Assembly (NCBI GenBank): GCA_028695015.1
Contig: JAQVJR010000001.1
Coordinates: 255,297-319,296, forward strand
Source of the DNA: Minisyncoccota bacterium
GTDB lineage: Bacteria; Patescibacteriota; Minisyncoccia; UBA6257
Direction: 5' to 3'
Length of the DNA stretch: 64,000 nucleotides
Made by a program: the position numbers and the translations under genes. The notes under the pieces are model-generated. The model was given only the letters and a program-made list of their open reading frames with translations, searched no databases and had not been told where the DNA came from. Shown here piece after piece: positions 26,786 through 36,157 of the stretch (positions within the stretch are counted from its first letter, which is position 1; every line of letters begins with the position of its first letter).

Positions 26786-28954
26786 TTATTGTTGAGGAGT
26801 CTTTTTAGAAAAATCTTGAAAATTGGCTAATAATAAAGGCCATTTTTTTAATGAAAAATCTTGTTTTAAGATTTCTTTTGCTTCTTGATGGATTTTTTCT
26901 ATAAATTCTTTATTAAGAAGAGAGCTCATGACCAAATCTGGGATACCTGATTGTTTGGTGCCTAAGAATTCACCTGGGCCTCTTAGAGATAAGTCCATTT
27001 CTGCTAAGCGAAATCCATCATGACATTTTTCTAAAATTTTTAAACGTTTAGCAGTTTGTTGATAAGGAGTTTCTGTGAAAATAAAGCAATAGGATTGGTG
27101 AATAGACCTACCAATGCGTCCCCTAAATTGATGAAGTTGAGCTAGACCAAAATGCTCAGCACCTTCGATAATCATAATTGAAGCATTAGGAATATCGATA
27201 CCTACTTCAATAACAGAAGTAGAAACTAGAATATTAGTTTTGTTTTTAATAAAGTCTTGCATAATTTTTTCTTTTTCTTTTGGTAACATTTTCCCATGAA
27301 GCATTCCAACTTTTAAATCAGGAAAAATATCCTGGCTTAATTTTTGATGTTCTTTTTTAACTGCTTTAACTTCATAATTTAGTTTTGTAGATAAATCAAG
27401 AAGGTCTTTTGCTTTTACATCTGAATTTTCAGTTTCTTCAATTCGAGGGCAAATAACAAAAGCTTGGCGCCCTTTTTTTATTTCCTGGCGAATAAATTCA
27501 TAAACTTTATTTTTATTTTTCTCAGTGATAATTTGAGTGATGATTTTCTTTCTTTCTTTTGGTAATTCATCCAAAACAGAAAGATCTAAGTCACCGTAAA
27601 AAGCTAAAGCTAGGGTGCGAGGAATTGGAGTGGCTGTCATTGACAAGAGATGAGGAATTTCTTTTTGATTATCATTTTTTGAAATGAGCTTCTTTCTTTG
27701 CTCAACTCCAAAACGATGTTGTTCATCAACAATTATTAGGCCTAAGCGGCTAAAACGAACATTTTTTTGAATTAAAGCATGAGTACCAATAGTAATAACA
27801 GGAACATCTATAATAGGAGAAGAAATTACTTTATAAAGAGCTTTTTTTGAAATATTACCTTCTAATTCATTGTCATAGATTTTAGCTTTTGAAGAAGTAA
27901 GTAAAGCAATTTTTAAATTAAAAGGAGATAGAAAGCTTTTGAATTTATTATAATGTTGTTGGGCTAAAATTTCAGTTGGTGCCATTAAAGCTACTTGATA
28001 ATTTGATTTTATGGCTAATAGAGCTGCACTCATGGCAACAATAGTTTTTCCTGAACCAACTTCTCCTTCCAAAAGACGATTCATTGGGCTTTGATTTAAA
28101 TTCTTAGCTATTTCCCAAATAGTTTTTTTTTGACAATCAGTTAGGGTAAAAGGCAGGGATTTTACAAACTTTTGAAGCAAAGGAACATCCAAGTTAATTT
28201 GCGGAGCTTTTAAGAGAGAGTTTTTCTTTTTGTTTTTTAAAAGGAAAATCTGGGAAAGCAAGAGTGATTCAAAGATAAATCTTTCCTTAGCTTTTTGAGC
28301 TAAAAACAAAGAAGAAGGAAAATGAATTTGCTGAAGAGCTTGTGGTAAATTCATTAATTTATATTTTTCAATTAAGAAATCTGGTATGGGTTCTTTAAGA
28401 CTAATAGTTGTTTTTAACAATGGTTTTATAAAATAACGCAATGCCCTAGAGCTTAATCCTTGGGTTTCTGAATAAACAGGAACTAAGCGTCCTGTATGTA
28501 AAGTTTCTTTAGGAAGAGTTTTATTTGTTGTTGAAAAAGAAATTACTTCATAAGCTGGGCTAGAGATAATGAATTTTTTTCCTTTTTGGGTTATTTTTCC
28601 TGATAAGGAAACAATAGACCCAATAGGAATATTCTTTTTTAAATAAGGTTGATTAAACCAGATAGCAGTAATTTCTCCTGTTTCATCTTCTATTAAGGCT
28701 TCTAAGATAAACATTTTTTTTCGAAAACTGCGCCTAATATCCATTTTCTTTACAACCCCCCTAATAGAGGTTTTAATATCTGGCTCTAATTCATTAATCT
28801 TTTTAATCTTAGCAAAATCTTCATAACGAAAAGGAAAATACCAAAGCAAGTCTTTAATAGTTTTAATACCTAGCTTTTCCAAATATTTTAAATAACGCGG
28901 TCCAATGCCGCGTATTTTAGAAACTGAATCAGAAAATTTGATAACAGAATTCAT
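26786..28954 (-). CDS. recG: ATP-dependent DNA helicase RecG
   Basis: Wedge domain, GEVGSGKT, DEQHRFG, MTATPIPRTL, QFRGRIGR; start moved to ATG 28954 because the track start lies in tRNA-Arg. Confidence 0.96.
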   Translation of the reverse strand: MNSVIKFSDSVSKIRGIGPRYLKYLEKLGIKTIKDLLWYFPFRYEDFAKIKKINELEPDIKTSIRGVVKKMDIRRSFRKKMFILEALIEDETGEITAIWFNQPYLKKNIPIGSIVSLSGKITQKGKKFIISSPAYEVISFSTTNKTLPKETLHTGRLVPVYSETQGLSSRALRYFIKPLLKTTISLKEPIPDFLIEKYKLMNLPQALQQIHFPSSLFLAQKAKERFIFESLLLSQIFLLKNKKKNSLLKAPQINLDVPLLQKFVKSLPFTLTDCQKKTIWEIAKNLNQSPMNRLLEGEVGSGKTIVAMSAALLAIKSNYQVALMAPTEILAQQHYNKFKSFLSPFNLKIALLTSSKAKIYDNELEGNISKKALYKVISSPIIDVPVITIGTHALIQKNVRFSRLGLIIVDEQHRFGVEQRKKLISKNDNQKEIPHLLSMTATPIPRTLALAFYGDLDLSVLDELPKERKKIITQIITEKNKNKVYEFIRQEIKKGRQAFVICPRIEETENSDVKAKDLLDLSTKLNYEVKAVKKEHQKLSQDIFPDLKVGMLHGKMLPKEKEKIMQDFIKNKTNILVSTSVIEVGIDIPNASIMIIEGAEHFGLAQLHQFRGRIGRSIHQSYCFIFTETPYQQTAKRLKILEKCHDGFRLAEMDLSLRGPGEFLGTKQSGIPDLVMSSLLNKEFIEKIHQEAKEILKQDFSLKKWPLLLANFQDFSKKTPQQ

Positions 28955-28957
28955 AAG

Positions 28958-29029
28958 TCCCCCTGCGAGGAGTCGAACCTCGATCACGGGATCCGCAATC
29001 CCGCATTTTATCCATTAAACTACAGGGGG
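28958..29029 (-). tRNA. tRNA-Arg(GCG)
   Basis: CCCCCTG/CAGGGGG acceptor stem, CGGGA-ttgcgga-TCCCG anticodon arm. Confidence 0.9.
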
Positions 29030-29123
29030 TTAGGGGCTTTATTATTATATCTAAATTCTCTCTTGAAGGCAAAGCCCTTTATTTTGTATACTATCTGAAG
29101 GATAAAAACTCAATTTTAATATT

Positions 29124-29852
29124 ATGGAATATTACACAACGTTAGCTTTTGTTTTAAAGCAAGAACCAGTTAGAGAGCATGATCGAAATTATACTTTCTA
29201 TACTCAGAAATTTGGTAAAATAAATTTATTAACTCCAGGGGCTAGAAAAATAAATGCAAAATTACCTGGTCATTTAGAAGTACCTTCATTAGTAGAGATA
29301 CAATTTACAGTATCTAAAAAACCTCGCCTCATTAGTGCCTTGGAGAAATTTTCTTTTCCAGTAATTAAAAAAAAGAAAAAACCTTTATTAGTTTCTTTTT
29401 TAATTGTAGATTTAGTAGATAAGCTTACAATTGAAAATCAAATTGAGCCAGAAACCTGGAAACTTCTTTATGATTCTTTTTATTTTTTAGAAGAGAATTT
29501 TGATAAATTTCCTGAAATTGCTGATTTTCTTTGGCTTTATTTTAATGCTAAGTTTTTAGAAATCTTAGGCTTGTTTCCATTTTTAGAAGGTTGTGTTGAG
29601 TGTGGGAAAACAATTAATAACAAGTTTTTTAGTTTTCAAAAAAAGGGTATTGTTTGTCTTCAGCATCATCAAGAACAAGATTGGTCAATAAGTACACAAC
29701 AAAAAAGAATTTTGAATTTGTTATTTAATTCTTCTTTACAACAATTCTTGCGCCGTTCTCAAGTTAATGAGGTTTTAAAAGAAAAAAAATACCTCAAGCG
29801 GTTTTTAGATGAATTTACTTTAGCCATAAAATCAGATATAATAAGTTCATAA
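29124..29852 (+). CDS. recO: DNA repair protein RecO
   Basis: EHDR..TFYTQKFGKI...GARK OB fold; CVECG...C..H zinc finger. Confidence 0.88.
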   Translation: MEYYTTLAFVLKQEPVREHDRNYTFYTQKFGKINLLTPGARKINAKLPGHLEVPSLVEIQFTVSKKPRLISALEKFSFPVIKKKKKPLLVSFLIVDLVDKLTIENQIEPETWKLLYDSFYFLEENFDKFPEIADFLWLYFNAKFLEILGLFPFLEGCVECGKTINNKFFSFQKKGIVCLQHHQEQDWSISTQQKRILNLLFNSSLQQFLRRSQVNEVLKEKKYLKRFLDEFTLAIKSDIISS

Positions 29853-29872
29853 TCTTTAAATATTTTAAATTT

Positions 29873-31606
29873 ATGGAGATTAAAACATTTTTTAAAACTT
29901 TTTGGGGAGGCGTCGTTATTACAATTTTAATATTAATCATTGGTTATCTATTCTGGGGATTTTTTAATAGAGGAGGAGTGGATTTTATTTTTTCTGGAAC
30001 TGATGAGGCTAAATCTGGTGAAGTAAAGGAATTTTCTTTAATAGTCGAAAATAAGTCCCGGGTAAAGCTTGAAGAAGCAGAGATAAAGATAAAATTACCT
30101 GAAGGTGTGTTTGCTGTTGATAATCCTAAAGAAAAAGTCCTTACTTTAAAGCTAGAAGAAATAGATTCATTAGCAATGGATAAAAAAGAAATTAGCTTAT
30201 TAATTACTGGAGAATCAAAAACATTAAAAAAAATTGAAGCAGTTCTTGCTTATCGCTCAAAAGGAATTAGTTCTATTTTTGAAAAGAAAGCTGCTAAATC
30301 TGTTTTGATTTCTGGCTCTTCTTTTAGATTAGAGGCTGTTACTTTAAGTCAGGTTTTTGCCGAGCAAGTTTTTCCTTTAGAAATTAATTGGGAAAATCTT
30401 TCTAGCTATACCTTTGATAATGTTGAAGTACGAGTGGAGTGGCCTACAGGTTTTATTTTTCAAGAATCTACTCCTGAAATTTCTACCACAGGGGATAATC
30501 GATGGATATTAGGGGAATTATATCCAGCCAGTCAAGGCAAGGTTCTTGTCAAAGGATTTATGACTGGACAAGCTGGAGAAACAAAAAGAATAATTTTAAA
30601 CTTAGGCATGGTAAAAGATGGAGTTTTTCTCCCTTTAAGCAAAGCTGAAAGTTTCTTAACAGTAATTAAGAATCCTTTAGCTATTTCTTCTTTGGTTAAT
30701 AGTCAAATTAATTACAATGCTGATCTAGGAGAAACCTTAGAAGTTGTCATAGATTATCAAAATAATTATTCTGCTACCTTAAGGAATTTAGATGTTGAAG
30801 TAGTATTAAAAGGTGAGGCTTTTGATTTATCAACTTTAAAGGCTCCAAAGGCAACATTTTTATCAAAAACTAATACATTGATCTGGTCTGGGGCAAAAGT
30901 GGCACCACTTTATTCTCTTAATCCAGGAGAAAAAGGAACCTTAGAGTTTTCAATAGGATTAAAAAAAGATTGGCCAATGACAAGCGCAGTTCAAAAAAAT
31001 GTAATTTTAGAAATACAAACACTAATTAAAAGCTCTAATGTGCCAGAACAGCTAGAGGTGAGTGAGTTACCCCGAGCAGCAACTTTAAATACTATTAAAA
31101 TTAATACTGGTAGTAATTTAGTGATCGAAAGCTATTTTCGTGATGCTCCTTCGCAGATAGCAAATACTGGTAGTTTGCCTTTAAGAGCTAATAATGCTAC
31201 TGATTTTACGATTCATTGGAAAGTATTAAATAGCTTTAATTCTTTAAGAGATGTAAAAATCCGCACGACCTTACCTCTCTGGGTGGAATTCACCAGTCAA
31301 ATTAGTGGTAATTATGGTTCCAATCGTCCAGTATATGATCCTTTAACTCGTGAGCTTTCTTGGCAAATTGATACTATTCCAGCTGGTTCAGGAATTATTA
31401 CTAAAGCTCAAGAACTTATCTTTCAAATAAAAGTTACTCCTTCAACAGCACATATTAATCAGGCAATAGATTTAATAGAAAAAACAACTTTTACAGCCTT
31501 AGATGCTTTTACTGGAAAAAATATTAATTTAAATTATCCAGCAGTTAAATCTATTGAGTTGACTGATAAAACCGTATTGCCAAATGAAGGCATTGTCGGG
31601 TTGTAG
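29873..31606 (+). CDS. Membrane-anchored protein with repeated Ig-like beta domains
   Basis: N-terminal TM; repeated N-x-S..L..V.V...LP.G and W.LG.L.P patterns. Confidence 0.6.
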   Translation: MEIKTFFKTFWGGVVITILILIIGYLFWGFFNRGGVDFIFSGTDEAKSGEVKEFSLIVENKSRVKLEEAEIKIKLPEGVFAVDNPKEKVLTLKLEEIDSLAMDKKEISLLITGESKTLKKIEAVLAYRSKGISSIFEKKAAKSVLISGSSFRLEAVTLSQVFAEQVFPLEINWENLSSYTFDNVEVRVEWPTGFIFQESTPEISTTGDNRWILGELYPASQGKVLVKGFMTGQAGETKRIILNLGMVKDGVFLPLSKAESFLTVIKNPLAISSLVNSQINYNADLGETLEVVIDYQNNYSATLRNLDVEVVLKGEAFDLSTLKAPKATFLSKTNTLIWSGAKVAPLYSLNPGEKGTLEFSIGLKKDWPMTSAVQKNVILEIQTLIKSSNVPEQLEVSELPRAATLNTIKINTGSNLVIESYFRDAPSQIANTGSLPLRANNATDFTIHWKVLNSFNSLRDVKIRTTLPLWVEFTSQISGNYGSNRPVYDPLTRELSWQIDTIPAGSGIITKAQELIFQIKVTPSTAHINQAIDLIEKTTFTALDAFTGKNINLNYPAVKSIELTDKTVLPNEGIVGL

Positions 31607-31633
31607 AGAAAATAATAATAAAGAATAAATAAA

Positions 31634-33007
31634 ATGAATCAAAGTGATTTAATGGAAAAAATCATTTCTTTATGTAAAAGAAGAGGTTTTGTTTATCTCT
31701 CATCTGAGATTTATGGTGGCCTAGCTAATGTTTATGATTTTGGTCCCTTGGGTTCGCTTTTAGCTAAAAATATTCGTGACCTTTGGATAAAAAAAATGAT
31801 TCAGGAAAGAGATGATATTTATTTAATTGATGGGTCTATTCTAATGCATCCAAAAGCATGGGAGGCTAGTGGTCATACAGTTGCCTTTACTGATCCCTTA
31901 ATTCAGTGTCCAGTTTGTAAAAAAAGATTTCGGGCTGACAATCTTGAAGGCTGGGTATTAGAAAAGGATAATCAAACAGGAGAATGGGAGATTTTAAAAC
32001 AAGGTAGTTTAGCTTGTCCTGATTGTAAGGGAGAATTAATACCAACGGTAAAAGAATTTAATCTTTTAATGGCAACTGAGGTTGGGGCAGTGGCTGGAGA
32101 AAAAATGAAGGTATATCTTAAAGGAGAATCTTGTCAAAATATTTATCTTGATTATCTACCAGTTAGAGATACAATGGCTGCACAAATTCCTTTTGGTATA
32201 GGGCAAATAGGCAAGGCTTTTCGTAATGAAATTACTTTAGGAAAATTCTTGTTTAAGGTTCGAGAATTTGAACAAATGGATATTCAATATTTCTGTGCTC
32301 CAGAAAATGCAGATAAGGTATATGAAGAATGGAAAAAAATTAGATTAGATTGGTATTTAGAAGATATTGGTTTAAATAAAGAAAGATTACGTTGGAGACA
32401 ACATACCCCAGAAGAAAGAATTTTTTATGCAAAAGATGCTTGGGATATTGAATATAAATTCTTTAATGATTTTGAAGAGCTAGAAGGGGTGCATCATCGT
32501 TCTGATTATGACTTAACTCAGCATGGTAAGTTTTCTGGTAAAACTCTTGATTATTTTGATCCTCAAACAAAGAAAAGATATGTTCCATATATTATTGAAT
32601 GTTCTGGTGGTTTACAAAGGACTTTCCTTTCTGTTTTAGCAGAAAGTTACAGAGAAGAAATGGTTAATAAAGACAAGAGAGTGTTTTTGAAAATGAAACC
32701 AGTGTTAGCGCCATATAAGGCAGCGGTTTTTCCTTTAGTAGCTAATAAACCTGAATTAACTAAAAAAGCAAAAAGTGTTTTTAATACTTTAAAGCCAGAA
32801 TTTATGACTCTCTGGGATGATATTGGAAATATTGGGAAAAGATATCGCCGTCAAGATGAAATTGGCACTCCTTGGTGCATTACCATTGATTATCAGACCT
32901 TAGATGATGATACAGTTACTATTCGTGATCGGGATACAATGAAACAAGAAAGGATTAAATCTTCAGATATTGCCCAATATATAAAAGAAAAATTAAACAA
33001 TGCATAA
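31634..33007 (+). CDS. glyQS: Glycine--tRNA ligase, alpha2 type (divergent)
   Basis: LCKRRGF, EIYGG, DFGPLG, GKAFRNEI, REFEQM, IGKRYRRQDEIGTP. Confidence 0.9.
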   Translation: MNQSDLMEKIISLCKRRGFVYLSSEIYGGLANVYDFGPLGSLLAKNIRDLWIKKMIQERDDIYLIDGSILMHPKAWEASGHTVAFTDPLIQCPVCKKRFRADNLEGWVLEKDNQTGEWEILKQGSLACPDCKGELIPTVKEFNLLMATEVGAVAGEKMKVYLKGESCQNIYLDYLPVRDTMAAQIPFGIGQIGKAFRNEITLGKFLFKVREFEQMDIQYFCAPENADKVYEEWKKIRLDWYLEDIGLNKERLRWRQHTPEERIFYAKDAWDIEYKFFNDFEELEGVHHRSDYDLTQHGKFSGKTLDYFDPQTKKRYVPYIIECSGGLQRTFLSVLAESYREEMVNKDKRVFLKMKPVLAPYKAAVFPLVANKPELTKKAKSVFNTLKPEFMTLWDDIGNIGKRYRRQDEIGTPWCITIDYQTLDDDTVTIRDRDTMKQERIKSSDIAQYIKEKLNNA

Positions 33008-34271
33008 GTTTAAATTAACAAAATTCAACAATGGTTTAAAAGTGCTTACAGTTCCTTCTAAAGAGGCACTTTCTTTTCGAGCCATGGTTTTGATAAACAC
33101 AGGTAGTGATTTTGAAAGCAAAGAGAATAATGGTATTTCTCACTTCTTAGAGCATATGTGTTTTAAAGGTACTAAAAAACGTCCTTCAAATTTTGCCATT
33201 ACCAAAGAACTAGATTCTATTGGTGGCTCTTATAATGCTTTTACTGGTTCTGAATATACAGGCTATTATGCTAAAGTAGCAAAGCAAAACAAAGATATAG
33301 CTTTAGATGTAGTTTCAGATATTTTCTTAAATTCTCAATTTCCAGCTCAAGAAATAAAAAAAGAAAAAGGGGTTATTATTGAAGAAATTAATATGCGTAA
33401 AGATGAACCCAGAAGATATGTTTGGAATCATTGGGGGAGATTATTATATGGTAACCAATCCATAGGTCGTTCTATCTTAGGCCCAAAGGAAAACATTATA
33501 AACTTTCAAAAAAAAGACTTTATTAAATACAGGGAATCTCAATATAGGGCAGAATCAACAATTGTTGTTATTAGTGGTAATTTCTCTGAAAAAGAAATTA
33601 TTAAAAAAGTAAAAAAATATTTTCATAATATAAAACCAGGTCAAGGAATAGCAAAAGAAAAGGTAAAGGAAAAACAAAACAAGCCCCAAGTTTTTATAGA
33701 AAATAGAAAAACAGACCAAACTCATTTAGCCCTAGGAGTAAGGGGCATAAACTTTTTTGACAAGAGAAGATATGCTTTAAAAGTTTTAGATACTATTTTA
33801 GATGGGGGAATGTCTGGAATGCTTTTTCAAGCTATCAGAGATAAATTAGGAGTGGCTTATTATGTCAGTAGTGCATTGGTTACTTATTCAAGTCATGGTT
33901 TTTGGGTTGTTAGAGCAGGTATAGATAATAAACGCTTAGAAGAAGTAATCAGAGTCGTTTTAAAAGAATGGGGCAAATTGAAAACAAAAAAAATAGGTAA
34001 TAAAGAGCTAAAAAAAGCTAAAAATTATATTAATGGTAAAGTGGCCTTAGGTTTAGAAAATATCCATAATTTAGCAGAAGGATTTGCTTATGATGAATTA
34101 TTAAGAAAAGAAATAGAAACACCTGAGCAGTATTTAAAGAAAATTAAAGAAATAACTGTTTTTGATATTCAAAAAGTAGCTCAAGATTTATTAAAACCTG
34201 AGTTTTTAAATTTAGCTTTAATTGGCCCCCACAAGAATAAGGAAAAACTAGAAAAATTACTTTATATTTAA
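33000..34271 (+). CDS. M16 (pitrilysin) family zinc peptidase
   Basis: GISHFLEHMCFKGT (HxxEH), NAFT, EKGVIIEEI. Confidence 0.94.
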   Translation: MHKFKLTKFNNGLKVLTVPSKEALSFRAMVLINTGSDFESKENNGISHFLEHMCFKGTKKRPSNFAITKELDSIGGSYNAFTGSEYTGYYAKVAKQNKDIALDVVSDIFLNSQFPAQEIKKEKGVIIEEINMRKDEPRRYVWNHWGRLLYGNQSIGRSILGPKENIINFQKKDFIKYRESQYRAESTIVVISGNFSEKEIIKKVKKYFHNIKPGQGIAKEKVKEKQNKPQVFIENRKTDQTHLALGVRGINFFDKRRYALKVLDTILDGGMSGMLFQAIRDKLGVAYYVSSALVTYSSHGFWVVRAGIDNKRLEEVIRVVLKEWGKLKTKKIGNKELKKAKNYINGKVALGLENIHNLAEGFAYDELLRKEIETPEQYLKKIKEITVFDIQKVAQDLLKPEFLNLALIGPHKNKEKLEKLLYI

Positions 34272-34272
34272 A

Positions 34273-35313
34273 ATGAATCAAAAACTAGATATTTCTTGGC
34301 AAAGTTTTTTAAGATTTTATATCATCTTAATAGGTTTTATTGCTGCTTGGTATTTTAGGCAAATTATTTTCATTGCTTTATTAAGTTTTATTTTAGCGTC
34401 TTTATTTGAAAAACCTATTGATTATTTAGAGGCAAAATGGAAGAATCGTTGGTTGGCAACTTCAATGGTGTATTTAGCTTTATTAGGTGGTTTAAGCTTA
34501 ATGGCTTTTTGGTTAATCCCTATCTTAAACCAATCAATGCTTGATTTTATAAACCTTATTCCTGCTGAGATAAATAAAGAGTCTTTATTTCGATTATGGC
34601 AAGAATGGCAATTACCAGAATCTTCAGTAGAAAATTGGTTAAGCTTAACAGGTATTTCCCAAGGTCATTTATTTGAATTTTTAAACCAATCTGTTGGTTT
34701 ATTAATTAAGGTTCTTGGTGGAGCTTTTACTGCTTTTTCTGTTTTATTGTTTTCTTTTTTTATTAATACAGAAAAACAAGGAATAGAAAAAACAATTTCT
34801 TTAATTTTTCCAAAGATTTATGAAAATTATGTTATTGAACTTTGGAGAAAAACACGAGGAAAGGTTTGTAATTGGTTTTTTACTCAGCTAATCTTAAGTT
34901 GTTTTGTTGGTAGTTTGGTTTTTATCAGTTTTAAGATTTTAGGCATACCCCAGGCTGAATTATTAGCTACCTTAACTGCTTTATTTGATTTTATTCCTTA
35001 TATCGGCCCAATCATTATTGGGCTAATAGCAACCTTAATTGGATTTAATCAAAGCTTTTTCTTAGGCATTACTGCTTTAATTATTTTTATGGTTATTCAA
35101 GCTATAGAAAGCTTTATTGCTCCTTTATTAAGAGCTAAGACAATGAAGTTAAATCCTTTGATAATTATTATTGCTTTATTAATTGGAGGCAAAACAGCAG
35201 GGATTGCAGGAATTATTATTGCTATTCCCTTAGCTGCAGCCATAGTTGAGTTACTAAGAGATATTCAGAGTGGTCGCTTAGCTTCTTTTATTCCTCAGAA
35301 ACAACTTCTGTAA
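34273..35313 (+). CDS. AI-2E family transporter
   Basis: Multi-TM; FIPYIGP, QAIES..IAP, LNPL, G...AIPLAA. Confidence 0.9.
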   Translation: MNQKLDISWQSFLRFYIILIGFIAAWYFRQIIFIALLSFILASLFEKPIDYLEAKWKNRWLATSMVYLALLGGLSLMAFWLIPILNQSMLDFINLIPAEINKESLFRLWQEWQLPESSVENWLSLTGISQGHLFEFLNQSVGLLIKVLGGAFTAFSVLLFSFFINTEKQGIEKTISLIFPKIYENYVIELWRKTRGKVCNWFFTQLILSCFVGSLVFISFKILGIPQAELLATLTALFDFIPYIGPIIIGLIATLIGFNQSFFLGITALIIFMVIQAIESFIAPLLRAKTMKLNPLIIIIALLIGGKTAGIAGIIIAIPLAAAIVELLRDIQSGRLASFIPQKQLL

Positions 35314-35317
35314 TATT

Positions 35318-36157
35318 ATGATATTTGATTCACATACTCATTTGAATTTAGCTGCTTTTGACAAGGATTTAGAGCAAATAATAGAAAAAAACAAACAAGA
35401 GAATGTTTTTGTTATTAATGTTGGAACTTGTTTAGAAACTTCTAAGAAAGCAGTAGCTATTGCTAAACAATATGAAAATTGTTGGGCCACAGTAGGTTTA
35501 CATCCAAGCCATACTGGTCCAATGAAAGTAGATAAAAATGAATTAAATAAAATTGACTTTGATTCAGAATTTAAAGATCCAGAAGTTTTTGATCAGAATT
35601 TTGAAATTCTTTTACAAGAGCCCAAGGTAGTGGCAATTGGGGAATGTGGTTTAGATTATTCTTACTTAAAGGATTTTTCAAAAAAAGACCAAGAGAAATA
35701 TCAAGAAGCACAAAAAAAAGAATTTAAAAAACAAATTCAAATAGCTAAAAAATATCAATTACCCTTGAGTTTACATGTTCGTAATCTATATGAACAAGCC
35801 CTGTCGATTTTAGAAGCTGAAGAATATAAAGGGCAAGGAGTATTTCATTTCTTTACTGGAAGCTTAAGTCAGGCAAAAATGATTATTGACAAAGGGTTTT
35901 TGATTGGATTATCAGGAGTTATTACTTATTCTTCAGAAATGGATAGGGTAATAGAGATGATACCTTTGGAAAAGATATTAATTGAAACTGATGCTCCATA
36001 TGTAGCGCCAGTGCCTTATCGTGGTCAGAGAAACGAACCTATTTATGTTAGAGAAGTGGCTAAGAAAATTGCTCAAATAAAAAAACTCTCCCAAAAAGAA
36101 GTTGAGAGAGTTACTTTTCAAAACACAGTTAAATTGTTTAAACTTCAATTACAATAG
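35318..36157 (+). CDS. tatD: TatD-family DNase
   Basis: DSHTHL, GLHP, AIGECGLDY, ETDAPY, RNEP. Confidence 0.95.
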   Translation: MIFDSHTHLNLAAFDKDLEQIIEKNKQENVFVINVGTCLETSKKAVAIAKQYENCWATVGLHPSHTGPMKVDKNELNKIDFDSEFKDPEVFDQNFEILLQEPKVVAIGECGLDYSYLKDFSKKDQEKYQEAQKKEFKKQIQIAKKYQLPLSLHVRNLYEQALSILEAEEYKGQGVFHFFTGSLSQAKMIIDKGFLIGLSGVITYSSEMDRVIEMIPLEKILIETDAPYVAPVPYRGQRNEPIYVREVAKKIAQIKKLSQKEVERVTFQNTVKLFKLQLQ

